From: Parcubacteria group bacterium ADurb.Bin326
Lineage (GTDB): Bacteria; Patescibacteriota; Patescibacteriia; 2-01-FULL-39-33
DNA: 64,000 nucleotides
NCBI GenBank assembly: GCA_002068915.1
Contig: MWBE01000017.1
Span: 3,818-67,817 of the forward strand
Direction of reading: 5' to 3'
Below the pieces are notes generated by a model that saw nothing but the letters and a program-made list of their open reading frames with translations, was not told the DNA's origin and searched no databases. Made by a program: the position numbers and the translations under genes. Position 1 is the first letter of the stretch, and each line of letters opens with the position of its first letter. This document shows positions 38,084 to 46,301 of this stretch, piece by piece.

Positions 38084-38117
38084 GGGACAACGTTTCGAAC
38101 ACGTTGTCCCTTTTTTT
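38084..38117 (+). terminator. intrinsic terminator (GGGACAACGT-ttcgaac-ACGTTGTCCC + T7)
   Basis: Perfect 10-bp stem followed by a T-run. Confidence 0.7.
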
Positions 38118-38206
38118 ATTGTATAAAATGTTGATAATCTGTTCACAACCGACGGTTTGCCAGAATCGCTACAATCAAGTAAAATACAAGCGTTAAACAA
38201 ACCCTC

Positions 38207-39592
38207 ATGTCAGAGAGCTTTTCCTCCAACAATTTAAAAAAATTGCCACCGCAAAACATCGAAGCCGAGCAATCATTGCTGGGCGCTATTCTGATTGATA
38301 AAGATGCTATCATCAAAATTGCCGACATGATTACTGGCGATGATTTCTATCAAAATGCGCATGGCATTATTTATAACACCATCATTGAACTATTTGAGAA
38401 AAAAGAAGCGATTGACATCTTGTCATTAACTAGCAAATTAGAAGAGCGCGGACAATTAGATTTGATTGGCGGCAGATCTTACCTGGTAACTCTGACCAAT
38501 CAAACGCCATCAGCCGCTCATGTCGCCTCCTACGCTCAGATTATCCAAAAGAAAGCCACTCTCAGACGCCTAATTACCGCGGCCAATAATATTCTAGAAC
38601 TCGGCTATCAAGAAGAGAAGGAAGTTGATGAGGTGCTGGACAAATCAGAGCAATCAGTTTTTGCGGTCTCACAAAAATTTCTCAAAGAAAAATTTACCCC
38701 CATCAAAGAAATTTTAACTGGGGCCTTTGACCGCATCGATGAACTGCATCGTGAAAAAGGAAAATTAAGAGGATTGCCCACTGGATTCTCTGAGTTGGAC
38801 AATCTTTTGGGCGGTTTCCAAAAATCCGATTTGATTATTCTGGCTGCTCGCCCGTCTGTAGGAAAAACTTCTTTCGCGCTGGATATTGCTCGACACGCCG
38901 CAGTCAGATACAAAAAACATATCGGCATATTCTCGCTGGAAATGAGCAAAGACCAGCTGGTTGATCGCTTGATTTCCGCTGAGGCCGGAGTCGACATGTG
39001 GAAAATGCGCACCGGGCGCTTGTCTGAGGCTAGCGAAGACTTCCCGCGCATCGGACACGCTATGAGCGAATTGTCTGAAAGCTCGATTTTCATCGACGAC
39101 TTTGCCAATACCAATATTATGGAACTGCGCACCAAAGCGCGTCGCCTGCAAATGGAGCACGGATTGGACATGATTGTTCTTGATTACCTGCAATTAATGG
39201 AGGGAACATCCGGCAAAGGAGCTTCCAGCGATAATCGCGTCCAAGAAATCGCTCAAATTTCTCGCGCCCTCAAAGGCATTGCCCGCGAACTAAACGTACC
39301 GGTCCTGGCCTTATCTCAATTGGCTCGTGCCGTAGAATTGAACAAGCCAGCCATTCCAAAACTTTCTCATTTGCGCGAATCAGGATCAATTGAACAAGAC
39401 GCCGACGTAGTAATGTTTATTTATCGCAAATCAGCCGACAGAAATTATGACATTAACTCTCTGACAGAAGAAGAAAAGCACGCCGCCGAAATTCACATCG
39501 CCAAACATAGAAATGGACCGACCGGCATGGTCAATCTATATTTTGACGGTAATACGGTAAGCTTCAAAAATTTAGACAAAAGCTATAATTAA
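38207..39592 (+). CDS. dnaB: replicative DNA helicase
   Basis: 461-aa ORF with an N-terminal QNIEAEQSLLGAIL, Walker A ARPSVGKT and RecA-like fold motifs. Confidence 0.95.
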   Translation: MSESFSSNNLKKLPPQNIEAEQSLLGAILIDKDAIIKIADMITGDDFYQNAHGIIYNTIIELFEKKEAIDILSLTSKLEERGQLDLIGGRSYLVTLTNQTPSAAHVASYAQIIQKKATLRRLITAANNILELGYQEEKEVDEVLDKSEQSVFAVSQKFLKEKFTPIKEILTGAFDRIDELHREKGKLRGLPTGFSELDNLLGGFQKSDLIILAARPSVGKTSFALDIARHAAVRYKKHIGIFSLEMSKDQLVDRLISAEAGVDMWKMRTGRLSEASEDFPRIGHAMSELSESSIFIDDFANTNIMELRTKARRLQMEHGLDMIVLDYLQLMEGTSGKGASSDNRVQEIAQISRALKGIARELNVPVLALSQLARAVELNKPAIPKLSHLRESGSIEQDADVVMFIYRKSADRNYDINSLTEEEKHAAEIHIAKHRNGPTGMVNLYFDGNTVSFKNLDKSYN

Positions 39593-39604
39593 TAATCATA
39601 AGAT

Positions 39605-39898
39605 ATGTTTAACAAAATTAAAGCCATTCAAGAATTAAAAACTCAAGCCAATCAGATCAAAAAAGTTTTAGCTGAAGAAAAAATCGAGGGGTCGGGAAAT
39701 TGGGGCAAGATCAAAATCACTATGGACGGCAACCAAGAAGTTTTATCAGTAGAGATTGCCGACGAAATTATTGGCGATAAATCTAAGCTTGAATCAGGAA
39801 TCAAAGAAGCGGTCAATGACACCATCAAAAAAGCACAGCGAGTCATGGCGCAGAAAATGTCACAAATGGGAGGTATTGATTTGCCGGGACTAAAATAA
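39605..39898 (+). CDS. ybaB: nucleoid-associated protein YbaB/EbfC family
   Basis: 97-aa ORF in a typical size and position after a replication gene; coiled-coil-like YbaB pattern. Confidence 0.8.
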   Translation: MFNKIKAIQELKTQANQIKKVLAEEKIEGSGNWGKIKITMDGNQEVLSVEIADEIIGDKSKLESGIKEAVNDTIKKAQRVMAQKMSQMGGIDLPGLK

Positions 39899-39948
39899 AC
39901 TCAACAAAAAATACTCCGCCAAAAGCGGAGTATTTTTTGTTGGAAAAA

Positions 39949-40728
39949 TTAACAATTACTAACCTCTATATATTCGTTATTGAGTATTTTTTTAAATTTA
40001 TCTAAGGCCTCCTGCTCATCCCTGACTTGCACGAAAGGGACTTCTTTGGCTATTTCCCAATCATTACCGCCTTCAAAGCACTTGTCGCCAAAAAATAAAA
40101 CCTCCCTGTTATTAACCCTGAAATACTCTTTGATCTTCAACAAGCCAAAACCTTTATCCATGCCCTTATAAGTAAAATCAATTGATGTCGTCCCTCCGAC
40201 GCGCACCTCAAAATCCGAAACCAACCGAGGATTTTTTGCCTTCATATAGTCCACAAAAACCTTGCGCTTATCACCGCTAGGATCGTATGAGGCTTTCAAT
40301 TCATAAGGAGCGCTTCTGCCCAAAATAGAGAAGGTTATCTGGCTATCGCGCAATTCTATCTGATCATCGGTAAAAGGAACTAGGTTAAATCTGTTGATGC
40401 AACTAATAATGGAATTAAGAATTATATTTTGATCGTCAGTACGCATCTTATTCTCATAAACCATCTCGTATTTGCCGTTTGAAAAAATCCAAAATTGATT
40501 GCCAGAAGTTGGAAATAAATAAAGTATCGTCTTGGTATCCTTAATCAAAGAAGTTATCTGATCCTGAATCAAACTCAACTTTCCGCCAGTGATTATCACA
40601 AAAGAATAATTTTTTGCCATTGACTCTATGGCTGAAATCATCTCCGGCTCGGCCGGCTGACGCGATTTAGCCAGAGTGCCATCCATGTCGCAAACTATTA
40701 TTCTGCTATTTTGCGCTACTGAAATCAT
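39949..40728 (-). CDS. HAD-superfamily (IIB-like) hydrolase
   Basis: 259-aa ORF with an N-terminal DMDGTLA motif (HAD motif I). Confidence 0.6.
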   Translation of the reverse strand: MISVAQNSRIIVCDMDGTLAKSRQPAEPEMISAIESMAKNYSFVIITGGKLSLIQDQITSLIKDTKTILYLFPTSGNQFWIFSNGKYEMVYENKMRTDDQNIILNSIISCINRFNLVPFTDDQIELRDSQITFSILGRSAPYELKASYDPSGDKRKVFVDYMKAKNPRLVSDFEVRVGGTTSIDFTYKGMDKGFGLLKIKEYFRVNNREVLFFGDKCFEGGNDWEIAKEVPFVQVRDEQEALDKFKKILNNEYIEVSNC

Positions 40729-40736
40729 AATCTTTC

Positions 40737-42029
40737 CTATTTATCTTGCCATGCCTCATCTTGACGCACCAATAATTCCTTAGCTTTTTCCGGTTCAGCC
40801 AAAGCTATCTTGGAGACACGCTCCATGCGCATACCCTGTGATCCTTTAACTAAGACTAAATCTCCCGGCCTTAATTTTTTAGCCAAAAATTCCCCCGCCT
40901 CCAAGCTATTATCAAATTCCCACACACTATCTAAATCAAATCCGCGCTTAACTGCGGTCTGAGCGATTATCTTAGCCCTATCTCCTACCGTTATCAAAAA
41001 ATTAACCCCTCCCTGAGCAATCTCTTCTCCAACCAATTGATGTCCCTCTTCTTCGAAATCACCCAACTCCAACATATCTCCTATGACCGCATATTTGACT
41101 CCGCGAGAATTTATTTTGGCCAAAGTTCTAACGGCAGCAACAGTGGCTTCCGGACTGGCGTTATAAGTATCATCGATAATGCGACTGCCATTAACTCCGG
41201 CAATCAAATGCAAGCGACCCTTAGGCGGAGTGAAGCCTTTCAAAGCCTGAGAAATTTCTATCAAATTCATTTCAAAAACAATGCCAACAGCCGCTCCGGC
41301 CAGCGCCGCATAAATTTGATGATCAGCCAACGCTCCGGGAAGCAATACTGGCACCACCTTGCCGTCATAAGATATTTTAAAGCTCAGCCCGGTCGGCTCA
41401 CCCGAATCGTCAAAAGAAAAATCCGACTCCAGCGCCCTAAGCATCGCCTCCTGACCGAAACCATAGGTCAAAAACCTTCCCTTAACAGAATCTTTCATGG
41501 CGCAAACATGTTCATTGTCGCAATTGAGTATGCCCCAGCCATTTTTATTAAGTCGAGAAACCAAAAGCGATTTTTCTTTGGCTATCCTGTCTATAGTCTT
41601 AAAAAATTCTAAATGTACCGGGCCGATATTAGTAACTACTCCGACATCGCAAGGAGCTAAATCCGTCAAATATTTCATGTCTCCCGGATGATCTACCCCC
41701 ATCTCCAAAACTAAGATCTCAGGATAATCCTTATCAACTAAAACAATTAATTTGATGGCGCGCCAAAATATCTTAAGCCAGGCAATAAGAGACTTTCCGC
41801 CAGAAGGCATGCCGATAATGGTTAAGGGCAGACCGATCTCGTTATTATAATTTTTGATGTTTTTGCGGGTTTTGAATCTGAATTGCAAAACGGAAAAAAT
41901 AGCCTCTTTAGCCGAAGATTTTCCTACGGATCCGGTAATCCCCACAATCCTAGGTTGATATTTCCGCAGAACCATCCTGGCCAAAATAAACAAGATCTTT
42001 TGTAAATATTTGTATAAAATTAGTTTCAT
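40737..42029 (-). CDS. murF: Mur ligase, probably UDP-MurNAc-tripeptide--D-Ala-D-Ala ligase MurF (MurE not excluded)
   Basis: 430-aa ORF with a Mur ligase P-loop (ITGSVGKSSAKE); sits after ftsI in the dcw cluster. Confidence 0.6.
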   Translation of the reverse strand: MKLILYKYLQKILFILARMVLRKYQPRIVGITGSVGKSSAKEAIFSVLQFRFKTRKNIKNYNNEIGLPLTIIGMPSGGKSLIAWLKIFWRAIKLIVLVDKDYPEILVLEMGVDHPGDMKYLTDLAPCDVGVVTNIGPVHLEFFKTIDRIAKEKSLLVSRLNKNGWGILNCDNEHVCAMKDSVKGRFLTYGFGQEAMLRALESDFSFDDSGEPTGLSFKISYDGKVVPVLLPGALADHQIYAALAGAAVGIVFEMNLIEISQALKGFTPPKGRLHLIAGVNGSRIIDDTYNASPEATVAAVRTLAKINSRGVKYAVIGDMLELGDFEEEGHQLVGEEIAQGGVNFLITVGDRAKIIAQTAVKRGFDLDSVWEFDNSLEAGEFLAKKLRPGDLVLVKGSQGMRMERVSKIALAEPEKAKELLVRQDEAWQDK

Positions 42030-42034
42030 AATCT

Positions 42035-43909
42035 TTATTTGTCGTGAGCTACATTATAATACTGCAGGGCAAATTTGGCAACCTCCTTAAAAACCGGCAC
42101 GGCTACCGTTTCTCCCAATTTACCCTCAAGCGGCTCGTCGATTCTTACAAGTATTGCCACCTTAGGATCGGCAAATGGGGCAAAACCGACAAACGAACCA
42201 ACAATTTCATCTTCCTTATATCCACCTTTGTCATCATGTATCTGCGCTGTTCCCGTCTTTCCCCCCACTCTCCAACCGGATAACTGAGCGCTTTTAACGT
42301 GTCCATTCTCAACTACGCTAACCAACATTCCTTTCATAGTTACCGATGTTTTGGCGGACACGACTTGGCGAACCTCTTGAGGCTTGACTACTTCCACGTC
42401 ATCGCCACGAATTATTTGAGAAACAATGTAAGGCTTCATTAACTTGCCTCCATTGATTATGGCGGAGAATGCCGTTATCATCTGAATCGGGGTTACGCTG
42501 ATTCCTTGGCCAAAAGTTACTGTGGCCGTATTTATTTCCCCTTTCAAATCAAGATTAGAGATGTTTCCGGGCATTTCTTTGCTCATCTCTATTCCGGTAA
42601 GCTGACCGAAACCAAATCGCCTGACATATTCAGAAAAGGTCTTAGTGCCAATCTGTCTCATGGCATGAATCACTCCGGTGTTTAGAGAAAACTCTAAAAC
42701 ATTAGTCATCGTCTGTAGTCCGTAAGTTTTATTCTCAAAATTTCTTATTTGATATTTTCCATAATCAACTACGCCAGTATCAACATAGGTACTATCCGGG
42801 GAAACCTTACCTTCATTAATTGCCGCCGCCATGGTAATCGACTTAAAGATAGACCCCGGCTCCCAAGCATCAAAGATCGCCTTATTATTAAAAACTGAAA
42901 TATTGCTGACTTTGGAATAATTTTCCGGATCATAATCAGGAAAACTACACATTGCCAGAATGGCTCCGGTTTTGGGATCCATGACAATAATTGTACCGCT
43001 CTTAGCCTTATGAGTGTCGATGGATTTTTTCAGTGACTGACAGGCGACATATTGTATGGAGCGATTAATGGTCAAAACTAAATCAGCTCCGTCAACCTTT
43101 TCTTTAATTTGGCTTTTGCCTAAAGCAATGACATTGCCCCAAGCATCGCGTTCTGATTTTATTTGCCCATTTTCTCCAGAAAGCACATCTTCAAAATAAC
43201 CCTCTAAACCATAACTGCCCCGTCGATCGTTATCAACAAATCCCCAAAAACCGAAAATTTGACCTCCCAGTCCTTTTTCCGGATAATAGCGATAATCTTG
43301 ATCCTGGAAGCCGATGCCTTTTAATTTTAGCTCTTTAATTTTATTAACCTGATCTTCTGGTATTTTTTGCCTGATAGGATAATAGCCTTTTGACTTATCA
43401 GAGAGAGCTTCAATCCAGGTATTTATTAATTCCTCGCGCTTAAATTCTAGAAAGTCATCTCTTCTGATTTCAGCCACCTCAGCTGCCAGCCGCTGATCGC
43501 TGGAAGAAGCCAGGTCTGCCAAAAAATTTTTTTCTTCCGCTTTGAGATCAAACTCCGGCGAAAAACCTATAATCTCAAAAATCTGGTGGGCCGTACTGCT
43601 AGCATCCTCAACCTCCCTAGGTGAAGCATAAAGGGAGGGCATCGGCCTATTAGTCACTAGAGGATAAAGTACTTTTTCTCCGCCGGTATCATCAAGACAA
43701 TAAATAGATCCTCTTTCGGGAAAAAGGCTTTTATATAATTCATGCTGATCCGCGGCTAGAGCCGCATAAAATCCGCCCTTAAGCACTTGCAAATCAAAAA
43801 GCCTGATAGTCACAATTAAAGCCGAAATCAAAAAAACAATCGATAGAAAATCGATTCTTTTTTTATTTGACAAAGCGTTCTTGTTTTTTGACAATAGGCG
43901 CCAACTCAT
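42035..43909 (-). CDS. ftsI: peptidoglycan D,D-transpeptidase (class B PBP, FtsI/PBP2-like)
   Basis: 624-aa ORF with an N-terminal TM, SxxK (SIFKSIT), SxN and KTGT (GGKTGTAQ) motifs. Confidence 0.85.
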   Translation of the reverse strand: MSWRLLSKNKNALSNKKRIDFLSIVFLISALIVTIRLFDLQVLKGGFYAALAADQHELYKSLFPERGSIYCLDDTGGEKVLYPLVTNRPMPSLYASPREVEDASSTAHQIFEIIGFSPEFDLKAEEKNFLADLASSSDQRLAAEVAEIRRDDFLEFKREELINTWIEALSDKSKGYYPIRQKIPEDQVNKIKELKLKGIGFQDQDYRYYPEKGLGGQIFGFWGFVDNDRRGSYGLEGYFEDVLSGENGQIKSERDAWGNVIALGKSQIKEKVDGADLVLTINRSIQYVACQSLKKSIDTHKAKSGTIIVMDPKTGAILAMCSFPDYDPENYSKVSNISVFNNKAIFDAWEPGSIFKSITMAAAINEGKVSPDSTYVDTGVVDYGKYQIRNFENKTYGLQTMTNVLEFSLNTGVIHAMRQIGTKTFSEYVRRFGFGQLTGIEMSKEMPGNISNLDLKGEINTATVTFGQGISVTPIQMITAFSAIINGGKLMKPYIVSQIIRGDDVEVVKPQEVRQVVSAKTSVTMKGMLVSVVENGHVKSAQLSGWRVGGKTGTAQIHDDKGGYKEDEIVGSFVGFAPFADPKVAILVRIDEPLEGKLGETVAVPVFKEVAKFALQYYNVAHDK

Positions 43910-43920
43910 ATTTATTGCGA

Positions 43921-44289
43921 TTATCTCAAGGCTACAGCCGATTCGCCCAAAGTCAGGCTTTCGATCTCAGTCGTAGGTATTAATTTCAGATTTTCCGCTT
44001 CTTTTTTGACATTATCCATCGATTGCAAAGAAACATAATCTAAATTCAATTTCCTATTATCTTCTGCCAACTGTTGCAATTCCTTCTCTAAAGCCTTAAT
44101 TTGGTAGCCTTTGGTAGCCGTAAGATTGGTCTGGGTGAGATAAAAAAATCCTGAAGTCAATACGGCGACACCCATAAGAGAGACGACGACTTTTTTGTTT
44201 AGAAATAAATTAATCTTATTCAATCCGGAAATTGACGTCAGTTCAGGAAAATGATGATTGCATTTTTCTCTCTTCCAAAATTTACACAT
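43921..44289 (-). CDS. ftsL: cell division protein FtsL-like (single TM plus coiled coil)
   Basis: 122-aa ORF. Position between rsmH and ftsI, with a TM followed by a coiled-coil region. Confidence 0.5.
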   Translation of the reverse strand: MCKFWKREKCNHHFPELTSISGLNKINLFLNKKVVVSLMGVAVLTSGFFYLTQTNLTATKGYQIKALEKELQQLAEDNRKLNLDYVSLQSMDNVKKEAENLKLIPTTEIESLTLGESAVALR

Positions 44290-44319
44290 AGTGACAAGCT
44301 TTATTTTATTTGATATGTT

Positions 44320-45216
44320 TTAAATTTTTTCCACTACTCGCAGCTTTGCGCTACGCGATCTGGGATTTTTGACTACTTCCGCCTCTGATGGTTCAATTGG
44401 TTTTTTAGTTAAGATTTTAATTCTTGCCGTATCTCCCTTTGCCAATTCTTTAAAAATATTTTTGACGATCCGATCTTCTCCTGAGTGAAAAGTGATTACA
44501 GCAAGCCGAGCGCCTGCAGATAAGGTATCAATAGCTTTAGGTAGAACGGAATTAATGTTGCCATACTCGTCGTTGACCGCTATTCTTAAGGCTTGAAAAA
44601 CTCTGGTGGCCGGATGGCGCTTGGACGGCTTGGCAAATCTGCGGCGGTAAATCGCAGATACCAGCTCCGCCAAATCTGAGGCAGTTCTTATGGGTTGACC
44701 GTTTTTTCTGGACTCTACTATTTTTTTCGCTATTGCTCCGGCGAGAGGTTCCTCGCCGTACTCAATTAAAATATCTTTTATTTCTTTTTCACTTAGAGAC
44801 TCTAATAGTTCGTAAGCCTTGGGTAAGTCGCTGGAGGCATCAAACCTTAAATCAAGCTCTCCTCCGGAAAATCCGAATCCTCTATCATCTGAAGCCAATT
44901 GATCGGATGACAACCCCAGATCAAGCAGAATGCCGTCGATGCGATCGATTCCGTGTCGTTCCGAAACCCGTTTGACTATATCTTTCAAGTTACGATAATT
45001 GTCATTTACCAGTATCAAGTTGCTGTTATGACTATCTTGGACTACACGACGATCCCAATCGATTCCTATCACTTTACCATCGGGTTTAACCAGCTCCAAA
45101 ATGGCCAAACTGTGTCCGCCGCCCCCGAAAGTGCAATCAATGAAATTCTGAGATGGACGCGGATCAAGGAAGCGAAGGACTTCCTTGAGCATGACCGGCT
45201 CATGGATTGTGATCAT
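44320..45216 (-). CDS. rsmH: 16S rRNA (cytosine1402-N4)-methyltransferase
   Basis: 298-aa ORF with MraW motifs (DCTFGGGGHS, LDLGLSSDQL). Confidence 0.9.
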   Translation of the reverse strand: MITIHEPVMLKEVLRFLDPRPSQNFIDCTFGGGGHSLAILELVKPDGKVIGIDWDRRVVQDSHNSNLILVNDNYRNLKDIVKRVSERHGIDRIDGILLDLGLSSDQLASDDRGFGFSGGELDLRFDASSDLPKAYELLESLSEKEIKDILIEYGEEPLAGAIAKKIVESRKNGQPIRTASDLAELVSAIYRRRFAKPSKRHPATRVFQALRIAVNDEYGNINSVLPKAIDTLSAGARLAVITFHSGEDRIVKNIFKELAKGDTARIKILTKKPIEPSEAEVVKNPRSRSAKLRVVEKI

Positions 45217-45242
45217 TTGTTTATCTTATGAAAAAGTGCTCT

Positions 45243-45671
45243 CTAAACTCCCAGTTCATTAAGGTTCTCAGCTATATCGTTGGAATTCTTCTCCATCTCT
45301 TTTTGATATTTCAACCAAGCTTCTTGATCCCAAATTTCTAGTCTAGTATATAGTCCGGCCACTACAACATCTTTCTTCAGTCCGGCGAAGCTACGCAAAT
45401 ATTCCGGCAAAATAACTCTCCCTTGTTTATCGAATTCAATTTCCATCGCTCCGGCCAGCATTAAGCGGGAAAAGGCTCTAGTGTTAGCCTTGGCAACCGG
45501 CAAAGCAGCCAACTTCTCAGCCATCTTATCCCATTCTTTTTTGGGATAGACGAATAAGCAGTTGTCCAATCCTTTGGTGACGACCGCTTTCTTAAGTTCT
45601 GCTCGGAATTTTGCCGGTAAGGCTACTCTTCCTTTAGCGTCCATGCTGTGATTGTATTGGCCGACAAACAT
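45243..45671 (-). CDS. mraZ: transcriptional regulator MraZ
   Basis: 142-aa ORF with two DXXXR-like MraZ repeats (MDAKGRVALP, FDKQGRVILP). Confidence 0.9.
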   Translation of the reverse strand: MFVGQYNHSMDAKGRVALPAKFRAELKKAVVTKGLDNCLFVYPKKEWDKMAEKLAALPVAKANTRAFSRLMLAGAMEIEFDKQGRVILPEYLRSFAGLKKDVVVAGLYTRLEIWDQEAWLKYQKEMEKNSNDIAENLNELGV

Positions 45672-45745
45672 AATTTTTTCAGTCGAAGACCGAAAGATTT
45701 TTAACTTTTATTATAAAAATTCTCTCAAAATCTTTTTGGGAAATT

Positions 45746-45810
45746 CACCACTTTTCCCCACTCTTCACCACTTTAACTTAATTATACACCACTATCGCCC
45801 ACTGGGCAAC
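45746..45810 (-). promoter_or_regulatory. mraZ promoter with putative MraZ operator: five direct repeats of (A)GTGG(T/G)G at ~10-bp phasing, overlapping a TATAAT -10
   Basis: On the plus strand the repeats read CACCACT/CCCCACT at 45746, 45756, 45766, 45787 and 45797. TATAAT (minus strand) at 45781-45786. E. coli MraZ binds phased TGGGN-type direct repeats in its own promoter. Confidence 0.45.
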
Positions 45811-45835
45811 ACCTTAGACGCTATTTTTATCAAAC

Positions 45836-45862
45836 AAAAAACCCCGATTTTTCGGGTTTTTT
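45836..45862. terminator. intrinsic terminator (AACCCCGA-ttt-TCGGGTT with flanking A/T runs) after tsaB
   Basis: Read directly. Confidence 0.5.
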
Positions 45863-45892
45863 ATAATAACAGTGGATAAGTGGTGGATAATT

Positions 45893-46297
45893 TTAACTCG
45901 ACATCGTGATATTTGGTTCTCTGTCGTAATAAGGCATAACCAATTTACCGGGCTTAGCCGATTTTTGAAGCTTCAAAACCTTGGCAACCAAATCATTATT
46001 GCCATCAAATTGATCTTTTCTCAATCCGACAACTGGAATTTTAAATCCATAAGAAAGAGCGTTGGCCACGGCCACGCCAATACGTACTGAAGTAAATCCT
46101 CCCGGGCCAGTAACCACTCCAACTCCTTTTAACTTGCCACCAGCCTTGTTGTCCTTAATTAAAACGTCGATAGCGGGCAAAAGTTTTTCTGATTGGCTGA
46201 ATTTACCCTTAATTTTCTTAAGCTTAAACTGCTCCTGCTTCTCTGCCAAAATTAATTCCATCTGATCGGCCAGGCAAGTATTGATAATAAGCATCAT
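45893..46297 (-). CDS. tsaB: tRNA threonylcarbamoyladenosine biosynthesis protein TsaB (YeaZ), short form
   Basis: 134-aa ORF with a GPGGFTSVRIGVAVANALS motif. Confidence 0.7.
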   Translation of the reverse strand: MMLIINTCLADQMELILAEKQEQFKLKKIKGKFSQSEKLLPAIDVLIKDNKAGGKLKGVGVVTGPGGFTSVRIGVAVANALSYGFKIPVVGLRKDQFDGNNDLVAKVLKLQKSAKPGKLVMPYYDREPNITMSS

Positions 46298-46301
46298 AAA
46301 T

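Noticed and set aside
38059-38200. att-site direct repeat of the tRNA-Lys 3-prime end flanking the 520-aa cassette
   Set aside because: Looked for a copy of GGTCCCAGGTTCGAGTCCTGGTGGGCGCA downstream of the cassette and found none by eye, so island boundaries remain undefined.
38608-39193. Minus-strand ORFs (187 aa and 142 aa) inside dnaB
   Set aside because: They are entirely antisense to a high-confidence dnaB CDS, have no RBS or promoter, and are Ser/Arg-rich, typical of reverse-frame artefacts.
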